Below are positions 62,001 to 64,000 of a DNA stretch of 64,000 nucleotides, piece by piece. Made by a program: the position numbers and the translations under genes. Positions within the stretch are counted from its first letter, which is position 1. Each line of letters starts with the position of its first letter. Under the pieces are notes generated by a model. It did not search any database. It saw only the letters and a list, made by a program, of their open reading frames with translations, and was not told where the DNA came from. This stretch comes from Malacoraja senta (lineage: Eukaryota). The stretch is taken from assembly GCA_038087875.1 (NCBI GenBank), contig JAXLNO010000051.1:1-64000 (forward strand). The letters are read 5' to 3'.

Positions 62001-64000
62001 GTGTAGATGGGGCATGTTGGTCGGGGTGGGACTAGCGTAGATGGGGCATGTTGGTCGGGGTGGGAATAGTGTAGATGGGGCATGTTGGTCGGGGTGGGAC
62101 TAGTGTAGATGGGGCATGTTAGTCGGGTTGGGACTAGTGTAGATGGGGCATGTTGGTCGGGATGGGACTAGTGTAGATGGGGCATGTTGGTCGGGTGGGA
62201 CTAGTGTAGATGGGGCATGTTGGTCGGGGTGGGACGAGTGTAGATGGGTCATGTTGGTCGGGGTGGGACTGGTGTAGATGGGGCATGTTGGTCGGGGTGG
62301 GACTAGTGTAGATGGGTCATGTTGGTCGGGGTGGGACTAGTGTAGATGGGGCATGTTGGTCGCGGTGGGACTAGTGTAGATGGGGCATGTTGGTCGGGGT
62401 GGGACTAGTGTAGATGGGGCATGTTGGTCGGGTGGGACTAGTGTAGATGGGGCATGTTGGTCGGGGTGGGACTAGTGTAGATGGGGCATGTTGGTCAGGG
62501 TGGGACTAGTGCAGATGGGGCATGTTGGTCGGGGTGGGACTAGTGTACATGGGGCAAGTTGGTCGGGGTGGGACTAGTGTAGATGGGGCATGTTGGTCGG
62601 GGTGGGACTAGTGTAGATGGGGCATGTTGGTCAGGGTGGGACTAGTGTAGATGGGGGATGTTGGTCGGGGTGGGACTAGTGTAGATGGGGCATGTTGGTC
62701 GGGGTGGGACAAGTGTAGATGGGGCATGTTGGTCGGGGTGGGACTAGTGTAGATGGGGCATGTTGGTCGGGGTGGGACTAGTGTAGATGGGGCATGTTGG
62801 TCGGGTTGGGACTAGTGTAGATCGGGCATGTTGGTCGGGGTGGGACTAGTGTAGATGGGGCATGTTGGTCGGGGCGGACTAGTGTAGATGGGGCATGTTG
62901 GTCGGGGTGGGACTAGCGTAGATGGGGCATGTTGGTCGGGGTGGGACTAGTGTAGATGGGGCATGTTGGTCGGGGTGGGACTAGTGTAGATGGGGCATGT
63001 TGGTCTGGGTGGGACTAGTGTAGATGGGTCATGTTGGTCGGGGTGGGACTAGTGTAGATGGGGCATGTTGGTCGGGGTGGGACTAGTGTAGATGGGTCAT
63101 GTTGGTCGGGGTGGGACTAGTGTAGATGGGGCATGTTGGTCGCGGTGGGACTAGTGTAGATGGGGCATGTTGGTCGGGGTGGGACTAGTGTAGATGGGGC
63201 ATGTTGGTCGGAGTGGGACTAGTGTAGATGGGGCATGTTGGTCGGGGTGCGACTAGTGTAGATGGGGCATGTTGGTCAGGGTGGGAGTAGTGCAGATGGG
63301 GCATGTTGGTCGGGGTGGGACTAGTGTACATGGGGCACGTTGGTCGGGGTGGGCCTAGTGTAGATGGGGCATGTTGGTCGGGGTGGGACTAGTGTAGATG
63401 GGGCATGTTGGTCGGGGTGGGACTAGTGTAGATGGGGGATGTTGGTCGGGGTGGGACTAGTGTAGATGGGGCATGTTGGTCGGGGTGGGACAAGTGTAGA
63501 TGGGGCATGTTGGTCGGGGTGGGACTAGTGTAGATGGGGTATGTTGGTCGGGGTGGGACTAGTGTAGATGGGGCATGTTGGTCGGGGTGGGACACTAGTG
63601 TAGATGGGGCATGTTGGTCGGGGTGGGACTAGTGTAGATGGGACATGTTGGTCGCGGTGGGACTAGTGTAGATAGGGCATGTTGGTCGGGGTGGGACTAG
63701 TGTAGATGGGGCATGTTGGTCGGGGTGGGACTAGTGTAGATGGGGCATGTTGGTCGGGGTGGGACTAGTGTAGATGGGGCATGTTGGTCGGGGTGGGACT
63801 AGTGTAGATGGGGCATGTTGGTCGGGGTGGGACTAGTGTAGATGGGCATGTTGGTCGGGGTGGGACTAGTGTAGATGGGGCATGTTGGTCGGGGTGGGAC
63901 TAGTGTAGATGGGGCATGTTGGTCGGGGTGGGCCTAGTGTAGATCGGGCATGTTGGTCGGGGTGGGACTAGTGTAGATGGGGTATGTTGGTCGGGGTGGG
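59011..64000. repeat. 34-bp G-rich minisatellite, roughly 145 copies, running off the window
   Basis: Unit TAGTGTAGATGGGGCATGTTGGTCGGGGTGGGAC. Confidence 0.97.

Noticed and set aside
59011..64000. CRISPR-like array
   Set aside because: Head-to-tail 34-bp units with no unique spacers, no cas genes, eukaryotic context

Overview
Repeat-dominated vertebrate genomic DNA, most likely a cartilaginous fish (skate/ray-like; inferred from dominant CR1 LINEs, tRNA-headed CR1-tailed SINEs and Penelope-type repeats). Positions 1-23 kb are a nest of retrotransposons: an apparently intact full-length CR1 (esterase ORF1 + APE/RT ORF2), two near full-length degraded L1-type elements with target-site duplications, and a non-autonomous DNA transposon. 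The middle holds a THAP-coding fold-back element, a multi-finger C2H2 zinc-finger gene (minus strand, frameshifted), a CpG-island promoter with AIP exons 1-2 (plus a second deleted exon-2 copy), and Rex/Babar, Harbinger, Penelope and L2 remnants. From 53.7-59 kb lie six minus-strand exons of a TGF-beta type II receptor kinase that best fits AMHR2; five of them are missed or only partly captured by the ORF track. A 34-bp G-rich minisatellite fills the last 5 kb. Most notable: the AMHR2-like gene, a correctly phased U_UUA_AAC -1 slippery site at the CR1 ORF1/ORF2 junction, a possibly interdigitated AIP/ZNF promoter, hammerhead-like cores in Penelope repeats, and conserved stem-loops in the L1 inter-ORF spacer. 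All family assignments come from motif recognition by eye; no searches were run.
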